From NCBI GenBank assembly GCA_000388065.2, contig KB932202.1: a stretch of 64,000 nt of DNA, one strand, 5' to 3'. The position numbers and the translations under genes are program-made. How positions within the stretch are numbered: position 1 is the first letter of the stretch; every line of letters starts with the position of its first letter. Positions 1 through 17,119 of the stretch are shown piece by piece. The notes under the pieces are model-generated. The model made no database searches. It worked only from the letters and a program-made list of their open reading frames with translations, and had not been told where the DNA came from. This DNA comes from Fonticula alba ATCC 38817. Lineage: Eukaryota > Protista > Nucleariida.

Positions 1-218
1 CCCCCCCTACCTGAGGCCTTCTGTTGCCCGTGCCCGCCCCCCTCGGCCCTCGCCGAGTGCCTGTCTCACTCGGCGGCCCCCCTCGCCCCCGTGTGAGGCC
101 TTCCCAGGTCCTCCTGGTTCGCCCGCTCGCCCTGCGCCGGCCAGCCGCGGTGGCCGTGCCCATCCACACCTCTCAGCGCTTCGGCCCCCACGTTCGCCCC
201 TGGCCTCCTGTTGTTACC

Positions 219-249
<31 letters not shown>

Positions 250-663
250 TTGCTGCCATGTCGGCTCCCGCAACCACCGCACTACTCCTGCTGCGCCTGC
301 GACTACTGCACTAGTCTCGCGGCGCCTGGAACTACCGCACTGCCGCTGTTGCTCCGGCCGTTGTTGACGGCATCGACACCACGCCAGGCGGATACCCTCA
401 AGGGTCCCCCCGCTGGCAGGGCGTCTGCCGGTCTGCCATTCAGGGCCCCTCCCCCTGTCCCCCTCCTGCCTATTCCGCCCCTTCCTCGGCATCCCTTCTC
501 GCGGCCCTTCTCTTGTGCCACCGCAGCCCATTGCACGTCCTTCAGCGCGCCTCCCCCAACTAGCCCCCCCCCTCTCCTCCTTTGTTCTTGTCTGCCTCCC
601 GTGCGTGCCCCCGAACGCACTGTGCCCTGGAGGCCCGCGCCCCCCGCCCCCCCCTGAACCATC

Positions 664-4807
<4,144 letters not shown>

Positions 4808-5456
4808 AGAGGGTTTCCGTCTTGCCCCTCTCCCTCCCTCTCTCTCTCTCCCTTTCTCTCTCTCCCTCTCGCTCTCTTTCCCTCCTCCATCCCTCCCCCG
4901 GGGTGGGGGCTACGCATGCAGGCATGCTCGTGAGACCGTCTCCTATAGAAGGAAGAAGAAGCTTGAATTGGAGAATGGCAGGGAGACTGAGAGGTGGGAG
5001 CAAGCCCCTTCATTCCTCTGCCCGCTCTTGGCACACGTCGTCAGCGCCACGCGAGGCAATGCGCGTGGACTGGTCTCTTTCTCTCTCTATCCCTTTCTCT
5101 CTCTCTCTCTCTCTCTCATGGCCGCCTTTGACGCCCTTGCCTTTGCGGCTCTGTTGCTGCTCCTGCTGCTCGAGTGCGATACGCGTGCCTATGCGCCCCC
5201 CCCCCCCCCTCCCCCTTTCCCTTCCCTCCCTTGACGAGACATAGGCTGCTCTAGAAAAAGATGAAAAAAGCAAAGTCGCCTTCGGGCGAGGCCCTCGTCA
5301 AAAAAAAGAAAAAAGGGCGAGGGGACCCCGCCCACTCTCCAGCTAGTTTGGCAGTCAGTTTTCCTGCTGAGCAGCGCTGACAGAGGCTCGGTGGAAAATG
5401 AGTGACGCGCCTGGTCCTTCCCTGTCTGTCCCCCTCCCTCTCTCATCCGCATACAC

Positions 5457-5521
<65 letters not shown>

Positions 5522-6159
5522 ACCCCCCCCCCCCCCCCGCCCCCCCCCCCCCGCCCCCCCCCCCCCCCCCCCCCACACACACCCACCCACCCACACATGT
5601 TCATGCATACCATCCAAGCACATATGCGCGCCGCCTGGCCCCGCAGCACGGCCAGCGCGCGCCCGCGCGCGCACCGCGCCAGGCGAGATCAGGGTGGCAC
5701 GAACAGGGAGCAGGAGGAGCAGGAACGCCGGACAGAGCCAAGGTCGGGCAGAGGGGACACAGGGTCCAAAAGGCCAATCCCCCCTGCCTGGGCAGCGAAT
5801 TGGTCATGCGTGTTTTCCGGAGCAACTTCCTGCTACTCGGCCAGGGGGAACAAGGCGGAGAGGAGCATTCCCCGTGCCGGTCGTCGTTTGACGATTCCTC
5901 ATTTGCCCCCCCCCCCCCGGTCCCAGGGTGACGGTGGGTGCGGGGGACATAAAGACGCATCTATTGCCAGTGTTCCCGCGTCGGGCAAATATACCCCGTA
6001 ATGCGCTTCCAGGCCAATACAATGTGTTTCGTCCTGCTGTTCGCCCTCGGATCAAGAGCGCAACCAGCGGCAGCGGGAGGGGGGGGGGGAACGCACGCGC
6101 TACCCCTCCACCAGTGTTGCGCCGGAGGGGGACCAAAAGGATGCGGCATCAAAAGGATC

Positions 6160-6232
6160 TGGAGGCGGAGGGTATCGATCCCCCTGCCTGCCGCATGCTA
6201 AGCGGCCGCTCTACCATTTGAGCTACGCCCCC
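6160..6232 (-). tRNA. tRNA-Ala(AGC): tRNA-Ala (anticodon AGC), intronless
   Basis: The minus strand reads GGGGGCG TA GCTC AAATGGTA GAGC G GCCGC TTAGCAT GCGGC AGGCA GGGGG ATCGATA CCCTC CGCCTCC A. This gives a full cloverleaf with the G3:U70 alanine identity pair and a eukaryotic Ala-type T-loop. A TTTT Pol III terminator follows (plus-strand aaaa at 6151-6154). Confidence 0.96.
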
Positions 6233-7063
6233 ATGGGGAGGGTCGGATTTCTCCGTGATTTAAAGGTTTCACCCAGCACCCACATCACCCGCGGCGAAGT
6301 TCGTCAGCCGCGGGTTTCACATGTGCCCAGGCCCGCCGGACACGGCCGCCCCGAATCAGACCCCGCCAATATGGAAAAGGCCATTCTCCTTTGGGTGCGC
6401 CACTGGCGACCGTTAATTGGAAAAGGGTCGCATGGCACATGATCCAACGCGTCAGGTGCCCGGCCTGTCTGCGGGCCCGAAAGTGAGCAAGCATCTGTCA
6501 AGACTCCGCCAAAATGCTGGCTTTCTTTTTCCGCCAATACTTGGGTTCGCTGTTTCTGCGGCGGGGCATTTTTCTCGTGCCCCGGGGCCATCCTCCCCCT
6601 CGATCAGGGCGGGGGATCCATCGCCGGCGCACGCGACACCCACAATCCCATTTTCGGTGGGCGCCCGCCCGAGATGGGGTTTTTCGTTTTTCGAGGGCGC
6701 GACGCCGGCCGTGGTCTTCTTCACTCCCCCCCCCCGTCCCCCGGAAGGACTTGTCGGCGCGTCTCGGGCTTGGCAGCGCCCTGAGCCCAGACAGACTGCC
6801 CCCGTCCCCGCTCCCCCTCCCCCCCCCCCGGGCCGACGGTGGCTGCTGAAACGGGAGCCGGACAACTCCCACCGTTTGGGGGGAGGGGGGGCTCTTTCGT
6901 TTCCGAGGAGGGGGGGGGCGGGGGCGCGGGCAAGGGCACCACGCGCTAGCCTTCGGCCCGGACGTCCCTCCCCCGCCTCCCGCGGCCCCAAATGCGCCCC
7001 CCCCCCCCTGGGGGGCGCGCGCCCCCCCCCGCGCGCCGCCGCGCGGCGGGGAGACTCGGATCA

Positions 7064-7101
<38 letters not shown>

Positions 7102-8150
7102 CGGAGGTGCCATTTTTGACGTTGGCAGCCCCCTCACCAAGTGGCCTTCACCCCTCCCCGCCGAAGTATGCCTCCCGGGCATGGTGATGTGCGCGCTGGG
7201 CAGTCAAGCGCCCATATTTCGCCGGCCGCATCGGCCACCCGCCCTTCGCCGCCTTCGGTCCCGAGGTCTGGCCTGGGTGTTTTGAAGAAGGTCCGCGCGC
7301 CCGATCGCGCCTTGGGTGTCACCAGGCCAAATGGTGCCGGCATAGGGTGTGCTTCGGGGCAGGCAAGGCGGGGGCGTCTTTGCTGAGACCGAGGCCGGGG
7401 CTTGCTGTTTAATCTGCCACCAGTTTTCCAGGGCATGCGGGAATAATTCCCAGGGCCGCGGCGTGCCCTATGGCGCTGTCCGGCCCCGAGCGTACGGATG
7501 TCCCCGCCCGCCATGCAGCCATGTGCATGCTTGCATGTGTGTCTCTCTCTCTCTGTGTGTGTGTGTGTGGTCGAATGGTCCCTGCGCGCCGGGGGTATAT
7601 CCATCCCGCCTGCTGCCGGGGAGCATCGGCCCGCACCCCTCCCCATGCTGGGCGTCCCGTCTGTCCGGCCTCCGCGGGCGCCTGCTCGGACATCGGTCCA
7701 CATATACGACCGCAAGTGACAGTCAAACGTTGGCAGCCCCGGGGCCGTTTGATTAACCGCTCGAATGTGACACCCTCGCCTGCTCCCCCGCCCCGCCCCT
7801 CGGCCCCTCTCCTGCGGCATGCGCCCGGCCCTCACCAGCAGTGTTGTGAGCGAGAGCCGCGCAGGCGCGTGTTGTTGCACCGGAGAGCCAGCATGCCAAA
7901 AGGCCGAGTGATCGGGCAAGAGCAATGTGACAGATGGAGAGGGATGATGGGAGGGGGGGGGGAGGGGGGGGGGCCGGAAGGGTCGCTTTGTTCTTTCGGG
8001 CTTTTTTCAAGGCTGGACGTGCCACCGCCGCTACTCCTGGACACTGTCCCCGGTCCGGAGGTCGTCGGCCTTCCCGTGCGGGCGATTGCCGCCGTTCCCG
8101 GCAGGGGCCCGGCCGCAGGGCGCCAGGGGGCCTGACAAGTCGGACCTGAC

Positions 8151-8183
<33 letters not shown>

Positions 8184-9493
8184 NNNNNNNNNNNNNNNNN
8201 NNNNNNNNNNNNNNNNNNNNNNNNNNNNNNNNNNNNNNNNNNNNNNNNNNNNCGGCTCCTGCTGTGTGCGTGCGCCGTGCGGGATCTTCCCGCCGGGGGC
8301 TGGCAGCGCCGACGCACGCCGGCCTGCGGGAACGATCAAAGGGGGCACCGGCGGAAGCGCCGCGGGGGTCGGCCGGGCCCCTGGCTCGATCGGCCAGGGT
8401 CCGCCCGGCGCGCGCATACACACCGCTTCGCAAGGCGACCCGCCACGCGCGCGCCGAGCCTTAACACAGCCAGTCACCCTGGGGCCGCCTTTAACCGTGA
8501 GATCGTAAACATGTGTACCCCCGGGCCTGGCAGAACTGCCGAGCTTCGCGCCGGCGGCCCGGCGGGCGTGCGCCCCTGTGCTTGGGCGCGTGTGTGTCCC
8601 GGCCGGCCCCCCTCGGCTCCCCTGCCGGCTTCAACCTGCCAGGAGGCCCGAGTGAAGTGGCCTGCCGCAAGGCCTTAACATGCACTCGACGTCTCCAGCC
8701 GTGTCTCTCTGTCCTGCTGCCGCCCCCCCCCCCCCCCCCCCTGGATGTCGGTGGCCTGGGCGTTTCCCCCTCCCGTGCACCCGAAAGGACGAGCACAGCC
8801 GCAGGCAAGCCCGCGCCCCCTGCCGCAGGGAAGCCACCGCTGCACATGCGCCGGGCCACCTCCTCTCGCATTGCCTTTACACCGCCATCTCACGCGGGCT
8901 CATCCTTCCGTTCTCGCAACCCCCTGGGTCCCAGGCACGCGTGCGATCTGAAGGACATACACACACACACACACACGGGGCCACTCACGAGAATGTCCGC
9001 CCCGGAGAAGCCCCATTCCTTGGGCGCAAATGCGTGGCTGCTGGAATTGAGGCTTTGCCAAGCAAGCCGGGCTCCGTGGTAGATTGCCACATCCACCACA
9101 TGGCGACTGGAGGTGCCCGGGGGCGCCGCCGTGTCGGCCTGGTTGTCGCTCTTCGGCGCGCGCACATTCATGCGCCCGGGGGAGGCCCAGCACATGAGCC
9201 CCAGCGGCTGGCCTTGCCCCGGCGGCGTGCGGCGCTCGACCGCCCGACACTTGCATCAATGTGGGCCCGCGGGCTCCTCCCCCCTCTTGCTGGCTGCTGT
9301 GCTGCGCTCCCCCGCCCGTCGGTGGCACGGCCTCGTCGCCACTGCGGCGGACGCCCTTTCCAGCATCCTCGGTCCCTGCGAAAGGCCCGGGCCGCCTGAC
9401 AAAACAGCCCCTCACCCTGGGGGACGCATCGACCGGCACACACACACACACGCACACCTCCAGACTCCTCCCCCTTCCGAGGTAGGGTCTAGG

Positions 9494-9526
<33 letters not shown>

Positions 9527-12500
9527 TGCCCGCTCGCCATAATAAAAGCCCAGCCGACCGGCGCCACCGCCACCGCTGCGAGGGTGCAAACTTCTTGCCC
9601 AGGCTCCCCCCATGGGGCGGAGCGAAGCACCGAGTCAAGAGTGATGGCTCTGTTTGCCTGCTCCCCATCAGCCAGACACCGGCGGCCCGGGCTTGGCCGG
9701 CCGCATGGGCCACCGCCAGCATGCATGCGAGGGCGGGGGGGGGGGGCGCCTTGATCGGCCGGGCCGGCGAGCACCGCCCGGCCAGCCGGGCCTCGCGCGA
9801 GTGGCGGCACCCGAGCATGCCCGGCCCCCTCATGCGCCCCGGGGCTCGATGTCCCGGAACTTGTCCTTTCCGGGGCAGTCTTAATCAAGGCAGCGCGCGC
9901 GAGGGCGTTGTGCCTCTCGTGGCCGCCGCCCTCGGTGTGCCTTCGCGGCTCTCGGACCCCGGCCCGGAGGCCCCGCTCCAGATGACTCAGCAGCACGATC
10001 ACGCTCCAATTTGTGGCTCTCCCCGCCTCCCCGCTGGACGCCACTCTGAAGGCCCAGCGGCTGGCGTGCTCCACATACACGGGCGATGGCAGGGGCGCCG
10101 CCAGCAATATGGCCTGGCCGGTGGGTAAACAACAAACAACAAACACTAATGTCCCAATCACCGGTTGCTGGCTCCGCCCATCGGTGACGCCATGGCCGGC
10201 GGACATGGCCCGGGCCCAGAGAGTGCACTCGAAGAGGCTCGCGAACGAATGCGTGGGCGACCTTATCCCCGGGCGTGTGGGCTGCCCCCCGCCCCCCCCC
10301 CGCCCCCCCCCCCCCCCCTCCGCCCCCTTCCGCTGTGGCCGATCAGCGCTCCGGAGGCGGAGGGGAGCGTGCACGGCGAGGTCGTCGATCACGGCGCACA
10401 TGCCGTGTCCCCCCGGGCCCTGCGTGCCCCCCGGGCCGAGCAGCGGACCCAGGGGTTGGGGGCCGAGGCCAGGGAATCGCAAGCCGGCGGCCTCAGGCCC
10501 CCCCCCCGGACCCAGAGACCGCCCCAGGCGGGGACCCCTCATGGGCAGTAAAGCACGCGCACACAGGGCCCGGGGCGTGAGTGCCCCTGTTGTCTGGCGC
10601 CGGCGGCCGATTTCGGTTGCCGCCACCTATACGCCCGGCCCGAGGCCCTGCTATCAGCGCGGAGGGTACACCGGCCGGGGCCGGGGCCGGGGCCGGGGCC
10701 GGGCACAAGCCGCCTGCACCTCCGTGCACCGAGATCTGCCGGTGCCCATGTTTCCATTGCTCTCGCTTTCTCTCGGGGTCTTCCTCGCAGTCCCGAGATG
10801 TTTTTTTTTTTTTCTTCGACCCGGACGGTGGCCAGCTCGCGTGCCCCTCCCCGGGGACCCTTTGACACACTCCGGCCATAGCCATTGGAGCGGCGGCTGC
10901 CACCCTCGCCGGTGCTGCCATCCCAATGAGAAGGGCTTAATTGCTTCTCGGCCCCCCCCCCCCCCCCCCCAGCGAGGACACAGACATCCATGCAGGCAGA
11001 GCACCAGGTAGGGAGCGAGCGAGGGACACGCACATGACAGGCAGGATTGCAGCGACNNNNNNNNNNNNNNNNNNNNNNNNNNNNNNNNNNNNNNNNNNNN
11101 NNNNNNNNNNNNNNNNNNNNNNNNNNNNNNNNNNNNNNNNNNNNNNNNNNNNNNNNNNNNNNNNNNNNNNNNNNNNNNNNNNNNNNNNNNNNNNNNNNNN
11201 NNNNNNNNNNNNNNNNNNNNNNNNNNNNNNNNNNNNNNNNNNNNNNNNNNNNNNNNNNNNNNNNNNNNNNNNNNNNNNNNNNNNNNNNNNNNNNNNNNNN
11301 NNNNNNNNNNNNNNNNNNNNNNNNNNNNNNNNNNNNNNNNNCCCCCCGCCCCCCCCCGCCCCTCTCCTGCTCTCCCCTCCCCTGAAAGAGGGAGAGAGGT
11401 GCTCAGCGCTCGGGGTTGGGGGTAGGACCGACGGGAGCTTGTTTCAGATCCCCTTCCGCGGTGATTGGCCGATCGAGGCCTTCAAGGGAAAAAGGGTCGC
11501 CTGTGGCTTTATAGACACATCGGCCCTTTCATGATCTGCTCCCCGGGCTCGCCTCCTCGGGCCCAGGGGCGGATCTGTCAAAGACCCACAATTCCGGAAC
11601 GTGAGCCTCTGGCCCCTGGCGATCCGGCCCGAAGGTCCTCGGCCACCGCTGCTGCCGCCCGCCCGGCGGCCTGCCGCTGCGGCTGCTGCCTCCCTTCGCC
11701 GAGGCCCCCCTCCCCCCGCCGGTGGACCTTTAGACTACCCCCGCGCCGGCCGCCCTGCGGACGGGGGCCTCGGCCAGCCCGGTCGTGAGCCCCTCGCGTG
11801 CCGTAAGCGCCTGTACACTTTGGCAGTTCTAACATCAGAAGTGAGTGGATTCCCCGCCCAGGGGGGGAGGGGGCGAGCCGGCGATGGGCCAAAAGGGGTC
11901 AGCCACCCGTGAGCACCATTCTCCATCAGTATGCGGGCGTAGATCGAAGANNNNNNNNNNNNNNNNNNNNNNNNNNNNNNNNNNNNNNNNNNNNNNNNNN
12001 NNNNNNNNNNNNNNNNNNNNNNNNNNNNNNNNNNNNNNNNNNNNNNNNNNNNNNNNNNNNNNNNNNNNNNNNNNNNNNNNNNNNNNNNNNNNNNNNNNNN
12101 NNNNNNNNNNNNNNNNNNNNNNNNNNNNNNNNNNNNNNNNNNNNNNNNNNNNNNNNNNNNNNNNNNNNNNNNNNNNNNNNNNNNNNNNNNNNNNNNNNNN
12201 NNNNNNNNNNNNNNNNNNNNNNNNNNNNNNNNNNNNNNNNNNNNNNNNNNNNNNNNNNNNNNNNNNNNNNNNNNNNNNNNNNNNNNNNNNNNNNNNNNNN
12301 NNNNNNNNNNNNNNNNNNNNNNNNNNNNNNNNNNNNNNNNNNNNNNNNNNNNNNNNNNNNNNNNNNNNNNNNNNNNNNNNNNNNNNNNNNNNNNNNNNNN
12401 NNNNNNNNNNNNNNNNNNNNNNNNNNNNNNNNNNNNNNNNNNNNNNNNNNNNNNNNNNNNNNNNNNNNNNNNNNNNNNNNNNNNNNNNNNNNNNNNNNNN

Positions 12501-13126
12501 NNNNNNNNNNNNNNNNNNNNNNNNNNNNNNNNNNNNNNNNNNNNNNNNNNNNNNNNNNNNNNNNNNNNNNNNNNNNNNNNNNNNNNNNNNNNNNNNNNNN
12601 NNNNNNNNNNNNNNNNNNNNNNNNNNNNNNNNNNNNNNNNNNNNNNNNNNNNNNNNNNNNNNNNNNNNNNNNNNNNNNNNNNNNNNNNNNNNNNNNNNNN
12701 NNNNNNNNNNNNNNNNNNNNNNNNNNNNNNNNNNNNNNNNNNNNNNNNNNNNNNNNNNNNNNNNNNNNNNNNNNNNNNNNNNNNNNNNNNNNNNNNNNNN
12801 NNNNNNNNNNNNNNNNNNNNNNNNNNNNNNNNNNCCCCTCCCCTCCTCTGCCCCCAGCCCACAGCCCTTCTCCCTCCCCGCCCCCGGAGCACACCCAATT
12901 GAAGCAGCCCCACGATTGCGCACCCGGCCTGCCTTCCTCTCTGTCCCCCAGCCCGCTTGCCTCCTCCTCTCGCTGCGTAGCTCGCGACACCTCCCCCTCT
13001 CCCTCCCCCCTCTGGTGCGGCCATACGCCCGCATCGCCTTCTCTTGGCCCCTTCCCGCGCCCCGCCTGTCCCCTCGCTGCTCAGCTTTTGCCCCGTGCAC
13101 CTGGAGCCCCAGTGCCCGAGAGCCCG

Positions 13127-13402
13127 ATGCCCCTGCCAGGTGTCAACAGCCTGCGTAGCACCCTGAACCGGCTGCTGGCCGCCGAGCCCACCACCGAGCC
13201 GAAGCCCGCCCCAGCGACATTGGCCGCCCGCTCGGAGCACCTCAGACCGGCTGCCCCCTCCCCGGAGGCCGATGTGCTGTCCCGCGGCGACATGGGGTTC
13301 ATCGGCCCGAACGCACGAGAGGCAGCTCTTTTCCATCGGCCGCCGGCCGGTGGTGGCATCGGCGGCAGCGGCGGCCACAGCGGCGGCGGCGGTGGCGGCG
13401 GC

Positions 13403-13433
<31 letters not shown>

Positions 13434-13477
13434 AGGTGGTTCTTGTCCCCCCAAGCGCGGCCTTGCGTGACTGCTGA
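13127..13477 (+). CDS. Short coding-like ORF; possibly an upstream exon of the homeobox gene
   Basis: MPLPGVNSLRSTLNRLLAAEPTTEPKPAP... shows the GC3-rich codon style of neighbouring genes. It has a poly-Gly tract and a possible donor (GAG|GTGGTT) near 13435. The link to downstream exons is obscured by the gap at 13984-14093. Confidence 0.3.
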
Positions 13478-13898
13478 ATGTGCGAGCGCCGCCGCCCGTC
13501 CCTCCCATCCGCACCCCTCCCCCTCTCTCCCCTCCCCCTCCGAACTGCACTCGCACATGTATACACGCGCGCAAGTGTGCCCAAAGATCTCTCTGTGTCC
13601 GCTTGTGTGTGTGTGTGTGTGTGTCTGTGTGTGAATACTGGATGCGCGTGCGCACATTTGCCCGATACATGCCGGGATGGGCCGCAATGAAGCCGAGGGC
13701 CTGGTCACCAGCTGCCGGACCCTCTGGTCTGAGCGGCCCTCCGATGGGTGAATGCGCGCGCGCCCGCCCGCCGGTAGCCCCGCCTCCCCCTCCCTCCTCC
13801 ATTCCTCGCCGCCGACCGCCGAGCCCCATCTCCCGGAGTGGGCTACCAGCGAGCCGTCCCACGAGCAGGGTCTCCAGGCCAGCTCCCACTGCTGGCCC

Positions 13899-13940
<42 letters not shown>

Positions 13941-14131
13941 TCAATAGGGCTTTCCCTCCCTGTCCTCCCTCCCCCTCTCCCCCNNNNNNNNNNNNNNNNN
14001 NNNNNNNNNNNNNNNNNNNNNNNNNNNNNNNNNNNNNNNNNNNNNNNNNNNNNNNNNNNNNNNNNNNNNNNNNNNNNNNNNNNNNNNNNNNNNCCCTGGC
14101 CCCCGGTGCACATTGTGTCCCCTTGACCAAG

Positions 14132-16819
14132 GCAGTCGGCATGACGCAATCGCCGAACTTCCTGCTCGACGCCGCCCCGGCTCGGGAGCTGCCCCTGGCA
14201 CTCGATCGGGGGGGTTCTCCCCGGCGAGGCCCCCCCTGCCCGGGATCGGCCGACGACCGGGCCACCGGCGAGGCCGCTCCGGGCGGGACAGCTCGCGATC
14301 CGCCCCAATGGTGGCCCGGGGGCGGCCTCAGCCACCAGCAGCTCCACTCCATCTTGGACACCATGTCCTCGGATGTGGCGAGCAGCGACTGGAGCCTGCG
14401 TGCCTGCTGGCTGTTGAAGTCCCACGCGGCGGCCGGCATGCGGCCCGACGGGGAGGATGACCACGCGTCCCCCGGCCAGGCCGTCGACGAGGCCGACCCG
14501 GCTCACGCCCAGGACCCGGGCACCCTGGGGGACCTCCTGCCCCGGTATTGGAGTGAGCGCTATTTGGCTCGGCTGGTGGACCAGCATCGCCGGGTGTTGG
14601 AGCGCAGCCAGCGCCTCCTAACCCAGGTCCTTTGGGCACAGCGCCCGGCCGCCGCCGGGCCCTGGGGCAGCCTGGCGGCCCCCCCGGCCTCGGGCCTGTA
14701 CCTGGGGGGGGGCCCGGTCGACTGGCCGACCGGCCCGGGGTCCAGCCTGGCCGACGCGGCCTGCGGCCTGAAGCGCCGGCGGTCGTCCCTTTTAGCCCTC
14801 GGGACCCCGTCATCCGGCAGCAGCCCGCCCCTGCCCGCGGCCGCCGCCGCGGCCGCCGCCGCCGCCGCCACCGCCGAAGGTGCGCCGGACTCGGGGCCGC
14901 ACCTCGCGCAGTCGGCCCCCCTCGGGGCAGACCACCCGACCAGCCCGGTGGCCAAGCGCCCGAAGACCCTGTACGTTGCTCGTGGCCCGGCCGCCGAATG
15001 TGGCCGCCCGCCGGAAGGGCCGCCCCCGCCCCATGGCCCGCGCGCCGGCGCCCCTTTGCGGCCTTTTGCGCTATGTTCTGGCCCCCCCCCCCCCCTTGCT
15101 GCACCTCTCGGTGTTTGCTGACCTTCGGCGAGCCGATGGGCTTTTTTTTTCTTTTGGCAGCCCCCCGGCCGTCACGCCGCCGCGACCACCACGCCCGGGC
15201 AGCCCCGATGACCTGGCCGGCCGGAGCCCCGCCACGGCCGACGATGCGCCGGAGCCGGCGGCTCAGGACCCCCTGGCCTGTGGCGGCGCGCGGCCGGCCG
15301 GGCCCGGGCCCGGGCGCATGCGCCGGGGCGGGCGCTTCGGCCGCAACGTCGTCTTCGAGATCGCCAACACCAACACCTTCGACAAGTATTGCGACGAAAA
15401 GCGCATGGAGGAGATCCTCCGCCGGCGGTCCGGGCGATCGGCCGAAGCGCGGAGCCCCGGGCCCGGCGGGCCGGCCAACGGCGGGCCCGGGCAGGGGTGC
15501 CCCTCGCGCGTGCCGCCCCCCCATGCGGCCGCCTGGGCCACAAGCCGGGCCTCTCTCACGGCAGCAGCCCTGGCCGGCCCGGCCACGACCCTGCCAAGCT
15601 CGCTGCTCGGCGAGGGGCCCACCGTAGCCGAGGAAGGCTCCGACATTCAGCCCCTCGGGCCGGGCGACGAGTTCCCGGCCTTTGACCCCGGCTCCGCCAG
15701 CAGTGCCAAGCACCACCCAGCTCGGGAGCCGCCCTCGGGCCCGGCCGGCCCGCCCAAGCAGCCGGCTGCCGGCGAGACGATGGCCAGCCCCGAGGGCGGC
15801 CCCGGCGCGGCGGCCTCGCCCCTGGGAGCACTCGCCATACGCGACGGCCCGCCAGCCCGGGATGCCCCCTTCACCAGCATCGGCGACTTGATTTCCGGTT
15901 GTCTGGCGGCCGCGCCGCCCCCGGCCCCCGGCTCCCGACGCATGTCGGCCCCCTGCCCCAGCACCAGCTCCATCGCCGGGCCGCCGTCGGTGGCTGCCAC
16001 GATGGCGGCCGCCGCCGCGGCCTCGCCCGCCCGGCGCCGGCGTCGGTCTTCCGGACTCGTAGAGGGAGCAGCCGGCCCCGCGGCCGGATTGGCAGGCCTG
16101 TCCGCCGGGCCCCTGGCCGCCTCGCCCGGCCAGCATCATGCCACCGGGGGGCTGTCTCTTGGCGGCACCCCCGCCGGCGGCAGCCCGGCAAGTGAGTTTT
16201 TCCTCTCGCGGCTGGCGGCCACCACCGCCGGCGCCGCGGCCGGGGGCATGCCGAGCTCGCGCCGCGGCTCCGCCCCCGTCGGCTCCATCGATCTCGGCAT
16301 GGGCCCCGGCGCCAAGTTGGCGGACCTCCTCATCGCCGGCGACCGCCAGCACTTGCAACCGGCCGCGAAGCACATTCCCTCCCCATCGAGCACGGCTCCC
16401 ATGCGGGCGGACCCGCGCGAAATGCCCGCCGCCCCGGGCTCCGCCTCGCCGGGCGTGCAGGCGCCCCGCCCCGGGCCGACCGGCGGCGTGGCCCGGCCCT
16501 CGGTGGCCGGGTCGGGCGGCGTGGTGCTGGTCGCGCCGCAGTGGCACACCGGCAGCCCCGCCTCGCCAGCCGCACCGGCCTCGGGCCTGCCGGTGCCAAC
16601 TCAGCAGCAGCCCCGGCTGCCGCACCTGCCGCAGCCGCCCGTGCCCGTGGCGCACGACACGACGGACACCGCCGGGGCAGCCGGGGCCGACCCGCGGACA
16701 GCCCTCCCGGGGATGGGGGCCTCCCAGCGCCGGGCCCGGCCGGGTCCGGCACTGCCCCGCGAGGACACGCCTCCGGCAGGCCAGGGCCCGGTGATGCAGG
16801 TGCACGGGAACCCCTTCTC

Positions 16820-16859
<40 letters not shown>

Positions 16860-17045
16860 ATTCCTCAGGCCTCCCTGAGGGCCTCTATTTTTTCCCCCCA
16901 CCCGGGGCCTTCACATTTTCCGCGAGGCTCGACGTTCCCGGCAGCCTCGACGACCTCGATGGCGGACCCAACCACCGGTCCCTCGACCGCTGCACCATAC
17001 CTGCTTCACCTGCAGCAGTCTCTGCAACAGCAGCATCAGCAGCAT

Positions 17046-17119
<74 letters not shown>

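Noticed and set aside
5276-5289. Hairpin TCGCC-TTCG-GGCGA next to A-runs (terminator-like or ncRNA)
   Set aside because: The stem is only 5 bp in GC-rich eukaryotic DNA and there is no further structure or family motif.
10165-10551. 128-aa ORF and other short ORFs in the long intergenic region
   Set aside because: No domain, no consistent splice chain, and interrupted by poly-C.
11735-13477. Long ORFs of 350-950 aa in the track (also 38084-39391 and 41653-42833)
   Set aside because: They are open only because N runs contain no stop codons.
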